A DNA stretch of 64,000 nt from a candidate division WWE3 bacterium RIFCSPHIGHO2_01_FULL_42_13 (lineage in GTDB: Bacteria; Patescibacteriota; WWE3; UBA101185; UBA10185), in assembly GCA_001772625.1 (NCBI GenBank), contig MEVA01000016.1, positions 67,159 to 131,158 on the forward strand, in the 5' to 3' direction. The first letter of the stretch is position 1; each line of letters opens with the position of its first letter. Below are positions 54,770 to 63,960 of the stretch, piece after piece. The notes beneath the pieces are model-generated. The model was not told where the DNA came from. It searched no databases and was given only the letters and a program-made list of their open reading frames with translations. A program made the translations under genes and the position numbers.

Positions 54770-54876
54770 CTCTATATACTCCAAGGTGGTTAGATATGGG
54801 CACGGTAGTAAGATGGGGCTTAGGTAATTTAGGCTGTAGCGGCAGTCACTACAAAGATCTAATTTTCTGAGAGTGT

Positions 54877-55245
54877 TTAGAAAAGCTTATTAATTTCCTC
54901 TACAAGTTGTTTAGGCAAGTACTTGGCCTTAAGAAAGTATCCGTTAGCACCGAGTTTGTTTGCTTCCTCCATAATTGTATCTTCGCCCAGATTTGTTAAA
55001 ACATACACAGGTGTGGCATTAGCTTTTGAACCAACCTCCCGCAAAACCTTCAAAACCTCTATCCCTGTAAGTTTGGGGAGCATAATATCAAGCAAAATCA
55101 AATCGTATGTATTTTTAGCGGCTTTTTCTATTGCTTCCTGTCCATCAACTGCAGTTTCCAGCTCATAGCCGGCTTTAGTAAGAACTGCCTTATACAAATC
55201 CCTTATAAAAGCGTCATCTTCGATTAGTAATATTTTTTTGCTCAT
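54877..55245 (-). CDS. Single-domain response regulator (CheY-like receiver only)
   Basis: 122 aa. DD...D phosphoacceptor (LILLDIMLP), T/K conserved positions, no output domain. Confidence 0.85.
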   Translation of the reverse strand: MSKKILLIEDDAFIRDLYKAVLTKAGYELETAVDGQEAIEKAAKNTYDLILLDIMLPKLTGIEVLKVLREVGSKANATPVYVLTNLGEDTIMEEANKLGANGYFLKAKYLPKQLVEEINKLF

Positions 55246-56801
55246 ATTGGTAAGCTAAAACTAAATATGCTGCCTTTGCCCTCTTCGCTTTTTACCCAAA
55301 TCTCCCCGCCGTGCATTTTCACAATTTCCTTTGATATAAAAAGCCCCAAACCCGTGCCCTTCTCCCCAGCCCGCAAAACAGTTGTAGATACACGGTAAAA
55401 CTTCTTAAAAATGTGCGGGATTGAAGCTTGCGGAATCCCGATCCCTGTATCTTCAATGTGCGTAATAACCTTATCCCCTGAAACCTCTACCGATACAGTG
55501 ATTTTACCACCAGGTTTTGTATATCTAACCGAATTATCCAACAAATTACTCAGTACTTCAACAATTGTAGTTTTATCAACATTAATTTCTGGCATTGCGG
55601 TTTTCGGCTCAATGAGCTCCAACGTTAAATTTGCTGCCTGAGCCTCTGCCTCTATTTCGGCCATCTCACTTTTCACAATATCTATCCAGTTTTGTTTTGT
55701 TTTTTGGATAACAAGCGCACCCCTCTCAATTCTTGAAATGTTCAGAAGGTTTTCAATCAAACCATGCAATCTATCCGCGCTTAGAATTGATTTTTCCAGG
55801 TAGTCGGTATCATTTGGGTCAAGCTTATCTTTAAGGTCCTCGCCCAACAAAGACAGGTAGCCCCTCATGGCAGTTAAAGGCGTTCTCAGCTCGTGGGCGG
55901 CGATAGAAACAAAATCTAATTTCATCATCTCAAGATCAATGTCCTTTGTTATATCAATAAGAGTCGCGATGCATCCGATATTTACCTCTCTACCCTCTCT
56001 AATTGACGAACTTCTCATGCTCACATACTTCTTTCCGCCGTTTCTTCCGACAAGAGTAAGTTTATCTTTGGAGAAACCCTCGCTACCGGAAACTTCGGCT
56101 GATGTGCTGGAGTAAGTACTAACTTCCAAAGGCACAGAAACATCGAAAAGTCTTATATAGTCATCTGCCGGCCTATGTTCAACTTCATCAAATATGTAGC
56201 CGGTTAAATCCTCCATCTTTTTATTAAAAGTTATAATTTTTCCCGACCTATCCAAAGCAAAAACACCGTCGCTTGCGTTATACAAAATAGATTCTAAAAT
56301 ATCCCTTTCGGCTTCAAGTTTCATCGTTTTTTCAGCCACACTTCTTGTGGAACCGGCTCTTGTCTCTTCTATTTGTATCAAACACTTCTTTGCAGTCTCT
56401 TCAAGCTCTTCCCTACTTAAGGTTTTGAGGCGGTACACGCTAAACACCCCCTCAGGCAAATCCTGCAAGCCTTCTTGAAAAGCCTTATCAACTCCTAACC
56501 TATCTTTTACTTTTAACCCAAGCTCTTCTAAAGTCCCCTTAGCCTCAATAGGACCAACCGCTTCAATGCTGTAGTCATACAAAACGCTTATTAACTTAAC
56601 TTTGTCTTTGTATGGAAGTTCCGAGGGGTCAAAGCCCGAAAGAGTGTATCTTAGAGAAGCAAATTTGCCTTTCAAAACTTCACGGACTTTTTCTTCGCCT
56701 AAATTGTCGAGTGAAAATTTTAAATATGTATCTGCAAGGCTTGATACAAAAGGGTTCCCCTGGGAATCAGCGAGTTTTTGGGCAGGTTTCTTAAAAAACA
56801 T
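55242..56801 (-). CDS. Cytoplasmic sensor histidine kinase with PAS domain
   Basis: 519 aa. No TM segments. PAS-like region (ILYNASDGVFALDRSGKIITFN), HisKA H-box (IAAHELRTPLTAM) and HATPase_c (GTGLGLFISKEIVKMHGGEIWV). 4-nt overlap with the RR gene. Confidence 0.85.
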   Translation of the reverse strand: MFFKKPAQKLADSQGNPFVSSLADTYLKFSLDNLGEEKVREVLKGKFASLRYTLSGFDPSELPYKDKVKLISVLYDYSIEAVGPIEAKGTLEELGLKVKDRLGVDKAFQEGLQDLPEGVFSVYRLKTLSREELEETAKKCLIQIEETRAGSTRSVAEKTMKLEAERDILESILYNASDGVFALDRSGKIITFNKKMEDLTGYIFDEVEHRPADDYIRLFDVSVPLEVSTYSSTSAEVSGSEGFSKDKLTLVGRNGGKKYVSMRSSSIREGREVNIGCIATLIDITKDIDLEMMKLDFVSIAAHELRTPLTAMRGYLSLLGEDLKDKLDPNDTDYLEKSILSADRLHGLIENLLNISRIERGALVIQKTKQNWIDIVKSEMAEIEAEAQAANLTLELIEPKTAMPEINVDKTTIVEVLSNLLDNSVRYTKPGGKITVSVEVSGDKVITHIEDTGIGIPQASIPHIFKKFYRVSTTVLRAGEKGTGLGLFISKEIVKMHGGEIWVKSEEGKGSIFSFSLPI

Positions 56802-56825
56802 CGTACTTTCAGTGTAGGGTCGGGC

Positions 56826-58265
56826 TTATTGGCTGTCAATTAAATAAGTCGCCGCTTTAAGCCTGGTGAGCACTTTTTCTTTGCCAAGAATTTCAAGCGT
56901 TTCGAAAATGGGCGGGGTTGCCGTAACACCCGAAACAGCTACCCGAAGTGTCATGAAAGCTTCTTTTGGCTTATATCCTTTTTCCTGGAGCAGGAGGTGG
57001 GCTTTTTCATCAAGCTGTTTTGTCCCCCAACTCTCTAGAGGGCCAAAAAGTTCGGTAAAAGAGTTAAGTATTTCTTTTGCTGCGGACTTATCCTTGGCAA
57101 ATTCAGTAAGCTTCTGCATATCTAGTGAGGGCTCTTCGTAAAAATACGATATTAACCCTGAAACTTCATTTAAAGTCTTTAGCCTCTCCTGAATAAGTTT
57201 TAAAACCATTTGGCCCGAGTTACTTACAAAGCCCTCGGGTAAACTTACATTAAACTTTTTGCTCCATTCCAAAATTCTTTTGTGTAAATCTTCAACTGAC
57301 ATGCCTCGAATATAATAGCCATTAAACCAAAGGAGCTTTTCCCTATCAAAGGCCACTAAATCGGTTTTGTGAATTCTTTCAATTGAAAAATCTTTCACAA
57401 ATTCCTCCAGTGTGTAAATTTCCTTTTCTGTTCCTGGATTCCAGCCAAGGAGCATCAAAAAATTAAGCATAGCTTCAGGTAAATAACCTTTCTCCAAAAA
57501 TGCCGCGGCATGAACATCTCCAAACCTTTTCGACAACTTTTTATTAGCTCCTTTTTCCTTCAAATTAGGTAGATGGGCGTGAACGGGCATTTCCCATCCA
57601 AAAGCCTTGTACAAAAGGACGTGTTTTGGAACTGAGGGGAGCCATTCAATGCCTCTTAAAATGTGGGTTATGTTCATTAGGTGGTCGTCAATTACCACAG
57701 CCAGGTGGTAGGTTGGAAATCCATCTGACTTCATTAGAATTGAGTCGTCAAGGTCAGCTGTATTAAAAGTAATTTTTCCCAAAACTGCATCCTCATATAC
57801 AATCTCCTCATTTTTGGGAATTTTCTGTCGTATCACGTAGCTCTCACCCGCCAAAACTCTTTTAAAAGCTTCATCTTTATCTAAACCCCTGCACTTCCCA
57901 TCATAAAATGTTCTGGGAAGCCCCTGCGCTTGCTGTTCTTTTCTAACTTGGTCTAAACGCTCTTCAGTGCAAAAACAATAATAAGCCGAATCGTTTTTGA
58001 GCAACACTTGAGCGTACTCCTTGTATATATCAAGTCTTTCTGACTGTTTGTAAAACTCATCCCAATCCAAACCATAATCCTTTATCACGACCAAAAGTCT
58101 TTCCTCGGCTCCCTCTACTTCTCTTTTCTGGTCGGTATCTTCAATTCTCATAATAAACTGGCCGCCGTCTTTTTTGGCCAGGGCATAGTTATAAAGCAAG
58201 GTTCGTAAACCACCAATATGATATTCACCTGTAGGACTTGGAGCCATTCGCGTTCTTATCAGCAT
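56826..58265 (-). CDS. gltX: Glutamyl-tRNA synthetase
   Basis: 479 aa. HIGG (HIGH) and KLSKR (KMSKS) class I motifs. The likely real start is at M7 (MAPSPTGEYHIGG, about 58247). Confidence 0.95.
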   Translation of the reverse strand: MLIRTRMAPSPTGEYHIGGLRTLLYNYALAKKDGGQFIMRIEDTDQKREVEGAEERLLVVIKDYGLDWDEFYKQSERLDIYKEYAQVLLKNDSAYYCFCTEERLDQVRKEQQAQGLPRTFYDGKCRGLDKDEAFKRVLAGESYVIRQKIPKNEEIVYEDAVLGKITFNTADLDDSILMKSDGFPTYHLAVVIDDHLMNITHILRGIEWLPSVPKHVLLYKAFGWEMPVHAHLPNLKEKGANKKLSKRFGDVHAAAFLEKGYLPEAMLNFLMLLGWNPGTEKEIYTLEEFVKDFSIERIHKTDLVAFDREKLLWFNGYYIRGMSVEDLHKRILEWSKKFNVSLPEGFVSNSGQMVLKLIQERLKTLNEVSGLISYFYEEPSLDMQKLTEFAKDKSAAKEILNSFTELFGPLESWGTKQLDEKAHLLLQEKGYKPKEAFMTLRVAVSGVTATPPIFETLEILGKEKVLTRLKAATYLIDSQ

Positions 58266-58282
58266 GCTGAAATTTTAACACA

Positions 58283-59482
58283 GTGATCGCTATGCTAATA
58301 TTTAACTGTATGAGCCTTGTCCAAACATCATCGAAAGTCCGAAAGGGAGTAGTAATTACTGTGGCTGTTATTAGCCTCTACATTATCTTTCTCATGGTAA
58401 AAAGCCCGATTAGGCAAATGTGGTACGCGTTTTTCCCACCCGCCGATTTGCCAACCGTCGCATTTGGATATCTCGACCCACTTGAGTTTACTGAAGCACC
58501 TATTGTCTCATCAGTTCCTGAATATGTGTTAAATACCCCAACCGGAAGGCTTCCAACAGATTTAAAAACCAGCCTAGCCGTATACAAATATGTTTCACCA
58601 TCCTTTTCTTTTAGCGAAGGGAAAAGAGCTCAACAGGATGCCGCTACACTGGGTTTTAGCGACACTATGCGGGTAAGTGACTTGAGCAGCGATCTTTTCA
58701 CCTGGCAGGATGTTCAGTTTGGAGGAAACTTGAAAATTGACACAAAAACGAGAACCTTAGAGCTTGAAACCCCCTTAGCGAACCTCGGCAGTTTGTTTCC
58801 AGTCGGAAAGTTCACACAAACAAACGCAGTGGCGGCAGCAAGATCGCTACTACAAAAAGTTAATAGATTTAATGACAAACTTTACACTTCGGATATGCGA
58901 GGGTATCAGGAAGTCAGATTTGGTAAGTTTAGCGGCACACGTGTAGTAGAGGTAGATTCAATTCCAGAAACCCAAATTGCTAGGGTAGATTTCTTTAGAA
59001 AGATTCTGGATTTTCCAATTTTGGGACCAGACCCAAAACAGGGTTTGTTGCAAGTTTACTTGAGAGGGCCGGAAACTAAAGATGCGTTTCCGCAATTAAA
59101 CTTCCCGCATGTTAGGGCCTACCATTGGGAAATAAATACAGGCGACTCGGCTACATACCCACTTACTCCCATTGAAACAGTGTGGGAACAAATTTCGCAA
59201 AATAACGGCGCTATAGTTAACGTAACACCGCAGGGCGCAAGTCCGTTCGAAACACCACTGGCAACAAGAGTCGATCGAGTCCTAATCAACGAAGTTTACT
59301 TGGCTTACTACGATAATATAACCCCACAACAATTCCTACAGCCTGTTTATATCTTTGAGGGAAACTACACCACAGGGGCTGGCGCTTTTGGTAGTATCAC
59401 CATTTATTACCCGGCTGTAAGCAGTGAGTATGTACGGGCGCCAGTGAATACTCAAACGCCCGCATCGCCCGGCCAACTATAA
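58283..59482 (+). CDS. Hypothetical secreted or membrane-anchored protein
   Basis: 399 aa. N-terminal hydrophobic segment (VVITVAVISLYIIFLMV). No recognisable domain. The start may be at an internal Met (58310). Confidence 0.4.
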   Translation: MIAMLIFNCMSLVQTSSKVRKGVVITVAVISLYIIFLMVKSPIRQMWYAFFPPADLPTVAFGYLDPLEFTEAPIVSSVPEYVLNTPTGRLPTDLKTSLAVYKYVSPSFSFSEGKRAQQDAATLGFSDTMRVSDLSSDLFTWQDVQFGGNLKIDTKTRTLELETPLANLGSLFPVGKFTQTNAVAAARSLLQKVNRFNDKLYTSDMRGYQEVRFGKFSGTRVVEVDSIPETQIARVDFFRKILDFPILGPDPKQGLLQVYLRGPETKDAFPQLNFPHVRAYHWEINTGDSATYPLTPIETVWEQISQNNGAIVNVTPQGASPFETPLATRVDRVLINEVYLAYYDNITPQQFLQPVYIFEGNYTTGAGAFGSITIYYPAVSSEYVRAPVNTQTPASPGQL

Positions 59483-60486
59483 CTTGAAAGTATCCAGTTT
59501 AAAATCCTTGCCGTATCCCCAAATCTATCTTCACTTCGCATAACTATAATTACAATATCTTTCTGGCCGTCTTTATATTCATAAATCAAAACCTCGCCTG
59601 CTTCTTCAGTTTGGCCGGTTTTAATACCAACTGTCCCAGGCTGTGTCCACAAAAGTTCGTTGGTGTTTACTAAATTAGTTGAAAGGCCGGAGTCGCTGAC
59701 CAAAATGGTTTCTTTCGTTTTGACAATTTCTTTTATCATTTCATTTGAAATAGCTTGCCTTGCCAAAAGATATAAATCTGAAGCTGTTGAATGGTGGGAG
59801 TTATTTTCTCCATCTAAACCTACTGGATTTGTAAAGGCCGTATGATCTAAACCCAACCCTTTAGCTTTTTCGTTCATTTTATAAACAAAATCGCTATATG
59901 AAAGCTTGCCAGTAGCTAAAGTGCAGGCCGCGTCCGCAGATGAACTAGCCAACAAGCTCACGATAAGATTTTTCACCGTGTATGAATCTTGTGCAAGAAA
60001 TCCCGTCTTTTGGCCCTCAATCTGCGTGCAAAAGTCGGCTACAACTAAACTTTCATCCAAGTTATAAACATCCAACGCCACTAAAGCCGTCATAAGTTTT
60101 GTCGTGGAGGCGGGAGCTAGTTCCAAATCTTTGTTAATTTCGACCAAAGCTCTTCCGGTTTTAACATCAACTGCGTAAACGGAACTGGCGCTGATTTGCG
60201 GAAAGGGAATTTCGTTCACTTTTTTTGGCAAGCTTTGGACAGCGGCACCCAAAATTTCGGAAGACTGTTGGGTAAAAAGGCTTGGAAAGTCTCCAAGCCC
60301 CACCTCAACTGAATTAACATGAAAACCTGTTAGAGCAACAGCAACAATTACAAAGTACAAACTAAACCTAACTGAGTGGGATAAAACTGAACGGGCAAAA
60401 GAACCAATGTCATCAATCAACCATAAAACCTTAATAGCGGCAAAAACAAAGGCCAATTGAATTTTTTGAGAAAAAGAAACTTGCAT
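59452..60486 (-). CDS. D-alanyl-D-alanine carboxypeptidase (peptidase S11, PBP5-type), N-terminal signal/anchor
   Basis: 344 aa. STTK (SxxK), SxN region and KTG (IKTGQTEEAG) motifs. Confidence 0.8.
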   Translation of the reverse strand: MQVSFSQKIQLAFVFAAIKVLWLIDDIGSFARSVLSHSVRFSLYFVIVAVALTGFHVNSVEVGLGDFPSLFTQQSSEILGAAVQSLPKKVNEIPFPQISASSVYAVDVKTGRALVEINKDLELAPASTTKLMTALVALDVYNLDESLVVADFCTQIEGQKTGFLAQDSYTVKNLIVSLLASSSADAACTLATGKLSYSDFVYKMNEKAKGLGLDHTAFTNPVGLDGENNSHHSTASDLYLLARQAISNEMIKEIVKTKETILVSDSGLSTNLVNTNELLWTQPGTVGIKTGQTEEAGEVLIYEYKDGQKDIVIIVMRSEDRFGDTARILNWILSSYSWPGDAGV

Positions 60487-60487
60487 T

Positions 60488-60949
60488 TCACTCTACAATA
60501 TCAAACATCTGGGGATTTTCAACCACTATAAGATCACGGGCTGACATGGTTATTGAGGTGGTAAGGGATCCAGCGTTAAAAACAATCATATCTTTGCCTG
60601 AAAAGCTGCCGTCAAAGTAAGAAGGCAGGTCTATTGCTTTTCCTATAGGAGGGATGGAGCCAACTTTAAGAGTTGTTAGGGTTTCGACCTCTTCAGGTGA
60701 GGCCATGCGCAGATCATTTATACCTAAATGCGATTTTAGCTTCCTGAAACTCGCTTTTTTATCTGCAGGGACAACAACTAGTAATGGGTTCCCATCTCCG
60801 TACATTACCAAAGCCTTTGCGCCATTTGATAAGTCCGTGCCTCTAACCCTGGCCGCATCGGCACTTGTATGAACGGGTTCATGCTCTATCACTTCATACG
60901 AAATTCTTGCCTTGTCTAAAAGCTCTTTTATTTTCTCGAAGACAGTCAT
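60488..60949 (-). CDS. YbaK/ProX-like aminoacyl-tRNA deacylase domain protein
   Basis: 153 aa. Size and GxxAKALV...K motifs are consistent with YbaK-family trans-editing proteins. Moderate confidence. Confidence 0.55.
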   Translation of the reverse strand: MTVFEKIKELLDKARISYEVIEHEPVHTSADAARVRGTDLSNGAKALVMYGDGNPLLVVVPADKKASFRKLKSHLGINDLRMASPEEVETLTTLKVGSIPPIGKAIDLPSYFDGSFSGKDMIVFNAGSLTTSITMSARDLIVVENPQMFDIVE

Positions 60950-60957
60950 CAGCTCCC

Positions 60958-62355
60958 CTATTCCTCTATAGCTAAATGCAACTCCTTTAATTGTTCTGGC
61001 TCTACTTCGCTGGGTGCCTCCATAACTGCAGTTTTACCACTCGAGGTCATCGGAAAGGCTACGGACTCCTTAAGAGAAGCCTCCCCTGCCAAAACCATCA
61101 CAAGCCTATCTACCCCTAACGCTATTCCTCCGTGGGGTGGGGTGCCAAGCTCAAATGCCCTTAGCATATGACCAACACTCTCCTCAGTTTCCTCATCTGT
61201 ATAGCCCATTATCTTAAAAGTTTTTCTTAAAATCTCGGGGCTGTGGGCTCTAATACTTCCCCCGCCTACTTCATACCCGTTACAAACCAGGTCGTACTGG
61301 TCAGTCACAATTTGGTCAATATTTTCTTCTTTCAAGTGCCACTCAATGTGTTCTTTTACAGGGCTACTAAACGGGTTGTGTGTGAATGTCCAGCCACTTT
61401 TCCCATCAGCAACTTCAGCTGCGTCTGCCTTATCTACTTTTTTAAAAAATGGAAAATTTACAACCCAGGCGAAAGCCAAAACACCTGCAGCTTTTTCCTC
61501 TTCAGATCTTAAATCAAATTTGTCGGCGCCATACTTTTCCAAAGCCTCCTTATAATTTATTACCGGGAACTTTTCGTCTTTAAGTTTTCCGCCCACAGCT
61601 TTAACCGTTGTTTTAATCATCTCCTCAACTAAACCTAAGACATTCTCGCGTGTAATAAAACTCATCTCAATATCAATTTGCGTGTGTTCGTACCCTCTAT
61701 CAGCCCGTAAATCTTCGTCTCTAATAGCGCGGGCAAGTTGAAAATATCTTTCAAAACCTGCTGTCATTAAAAGCTGCTTGTATTGTTGCGGGCTTTGAGG
61801 AAGCGAGTAAAACTTTCCCGGGTGATGCCTTGATGGAACGATAAAATCCCGAGCTCCTTCTTTAGTTGCTTTGGTAAGCATGGGGGTTTCTATCTCTACA
61901 AAATCCTTTGAGTGTAAAAAATTTCTAACTTCCTGGGTAAATTTCGATCTAAGCCTGATTATCTTTTGCATTCTTTCCCTGCGAAGGTCAAGGTATCTGT
62001 ATTTTAAACGCGATTCCTCATTTATTTCTAAACCATCGCCCTCAATTGGAATTGGGAGCTCTCCTGCCTTATTAAGGATTTCGTACTCCTCAACCCCAAC
62101 TTCGATAGTGCCTGTCTGTGCATCGGGGTTGATCATGTTTTCGGGACGAGCTTTAACAGTTCCTGTGATCTCGACCACAGTTTCTGGAGTAAGTTCCCCT
62201 AACATTGAAGCACCCACGCATTGAACCTTTCCAGTTCTATCTCGCAGGTCTATAAAAGTTAACTTTCCATGGTCGCGCTTGGAATCCACCCAACCTTTGA
62301 GCGTAACTCTCTCGCCGACTTTTTGTAACGTTTCTGAAACTAAACTTCTTTCCAT
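60958..62355 (-). CDS. aspS: Aspartyl-tRNA synthetase, archaeal/eukaryotic-type (short form)
   Basis: 465 aa. N-terminal OB anticodon-binding domain. Class II motifs FRAIRDEDLRADRGYEHTQIDIEMSF, GGGSIRAHSP and GTPPHGGIALGVDRLVMVL. The length is typical of archaeal-type AspRS. Confidence 0.9.
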   Translation of the reverse strand: MERSLVSETLQKVGERVTLKGWVDSKRDHGKLTFIDLRDRTGKVQCVGASMLGELTPETVVEITGTVKARPENMINPDAQTGTIEVGVEEYEILNKAGELPIPIEGDGLEINEESRLKYRYLDLRRERMQKIIRLRSKFTQEVRNFLHSKDFVEIETPMLTKATKEGARDFIVPSRHHPGKFYSLPQSPQQYKQLLMTAGFERYFQLARAIRDEDLRADRGYEHTQIDIEMSFITRENVLGLVEEMIKTTVKAVGGKLKDEKFPVINYKEALEKYGADKFDLRSEEEKAAGVLAFAWVVNFPFFKKVDKADAAEVADGKSGWTFTHNPFSSPVKEHIEWHLKEENIDQIVTDQYDLVCNGYEVGGGSIRAHSPEILRKTFKIMGYTDEETEESVGHMLRAFELGTPPHGGIALGVDRLVMVLAGEASLKESVAFPMTSSGKTAVMEAPSEVEPEQLKELHLAIEE

Positions 62356-62367
62356 ATTTCCTTAATC

Positions 62368-63960
62368 TTACAGGCTTTTCGCCCAATCCTTCAACACCAA
62401 ATTAACATAAGTATTACCGTTGTATTCATTTCTTTCGGCTGAAAAGGCAATGTCAATTTTATCCCCAACAGAAATATTATCTTTATGCTCTGCCCCATTA
62501 AAGTAAATTGCTCTGTACTGCTTACCCGCACTTAAAATCCTAAGTGTCAGGTGCGATCGGTCTTTTCCTACTAAATCTACTCCGACCACCCCAACTACCC
62601 TACTCACAAACAAGGATGCCCTATTCCCAATTCCAAAAGGCTTTAGCTTTTCGATCTCTTCTACAAAACTTAGATCAACATCGCCAAGCTTTACCTCCAG
62701 ATCAACATCCAAAACAGGTATCAAGTGCTCGTCCAGAATATACTTTTCAGAAAGTTTCAAAAGCCGTTTTTCCATCTCTTCAAGCTTTTCTCGTTTAATC
62801 GTAAATCCCGCAGCCATAGGATGCCCACCTAAATCTTCAAACAAATCTTCGTTCTCACGCAAAAACGCAATTATATCTACACCCGTAACTGACCTTGCCG
62901 AACCCTTTCCATAATCTTTGTCCAAACTCACAACAATTGCCGGCCTGTGATACTCTTGCGAAAGTTTCGCGGCTACCAACCCAATAATTCCTTCGTGGAA
63001 AGCTTCACTGTAAGCGATAATTAACCGCGGCAAACCCTCGCGATCAAAGTTTCCGGCAAGTTCGTACATTTCCAAGGTCTTATCTTGTCTTTCTAGGTTC
63101 ATCTGATTTAAATGGCGGGCAAATTCGAAAGCCTTTTCTTCCTTTGTTTCCAAAAGAAGTTGTAGTGCCTCGTCCGCGTCACCCATTCTTCCGGTTGCGT
63201 TAATCCGCGGACCAAAAACCCAACCTAAGTCATAAGTTGTAATTTCACCCCTAACCCTACCCGCAACTTCACGGAGAACTTTAATTGCTAGCGGAGGGTT
63301 TGAGTTTAGAACTTCAAGGCCTTCCTTAACAATCGAACGGTTAAATCCTAAAACCGGCTGCAAGTCTGTAACTGTTGCCAAAGCCGCAAGTCCAAGTAGT
63401 TGCGGGTCTTTTGAACCTAATTCTTGTCCCAACGCCCAGGCAATCCCGGAACCTACCAAAACATCTGTCCAGACAATCAAATCAGCCGGCGGAAGTTGTG
63501 GCGGCTTTTGGTGGTGATCGGTAATAATTACCTTAAACCCCCTTTCCTTAGCAAATTTCACTGCGTCAACAGCCGTAATGCCGGAATCAACTGAAATTAA
63601 AAGTCCCTCCTTAAACTCGCCGAAGGCTTTTTCAACTTTCTGCACACAGGCCTCAATTGAACTTTTTGAAATTCCATATCCGTGTTCAAACCGGTTTGGA
63701 ATGTGCGAAATTATTTTTTCGTAGCCTAATTCATTGCGCAAAACTTTTGTGAGAATTGCCGTGGAAGAAACTCCATCCGTATCGTAGTCACCATGAATTA
63801 CAATTGGAAGTTTTTGGGAAATTACGTCGTTTATTATTTCCTTAGCTTCCTGCATCTCCTTTCGGAAGGCAGTGGGCAGTTCATTTAATAGCTGGAAGGT
63901 GGGTTGGGGGTTCAAAAAAAGTTCCTTTTCCGTCTCTCCAGTAATGCCCCTGTTATCCAA
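62368..63960 (-). CDS. recJ: RecJ-like single-stranded-DNA exonuclease (DHH/DHHA1 phosphoesterase)
   Basis: 530 aa. DHH motifs (IVIHGDYDTDGVSS, VIITDHHQ) and DHHA1 region (GGHPMAAGFTI). Confidence 0.8.
   Translation of the reverse strand: MDNRGITGETEKELFLNPQPTFQLLNELPTAFRKEMQEAKEIINDVISQKLPIVIHGDYDTDGVSSTAILTKVLRNELGYEKIISHIPNRFEHGYGISKSSIEACVQKVEKAFGEFKEGLLISVDSGITAVDAVKFAKERGFKVIITDHHQKPPQLPPADLIVWTDVLVGSGIAWALGQELGSKDPQLLGLAALATVTDLQPVLGFNRSIVKEGLEVLNSNPPLAIKVLREVAGRVRGEITTYDLGWVFGPRINATGRMGDADEALQLLLETKEEKAFEFARHLNQMNLERQDKTLEMYELAGNFDREGLPRLIIAYSEAFHEGIIGLVAAKLSQEYHRPAIVVSLDKDYGKGSARSVTGVDIIAFLRENEDLFEDLGGHPMAAGFTIKREKLEEMEKRLLKLSEKYILDEHLIPVLDVDLEVKLGDVDLSFVEEIEKLKPFGIGNRASLFVSRVVGVVGVDLVGKDRSHLTLRILSAGKQYRAIYFNGAEHKDNISVGDKIDIAFSAERNEYNGNTYVNLVLKDWAKSL

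Noticed and set aside
54744-54876. LexA (SOS) box or Cheo box upstream of recA
   Set aside because: I scanned for CTGT-N8-ACAG and GAAC-N4-GTTC. Only a partial CTGT...TCAC was seen, so no credible operator is present.
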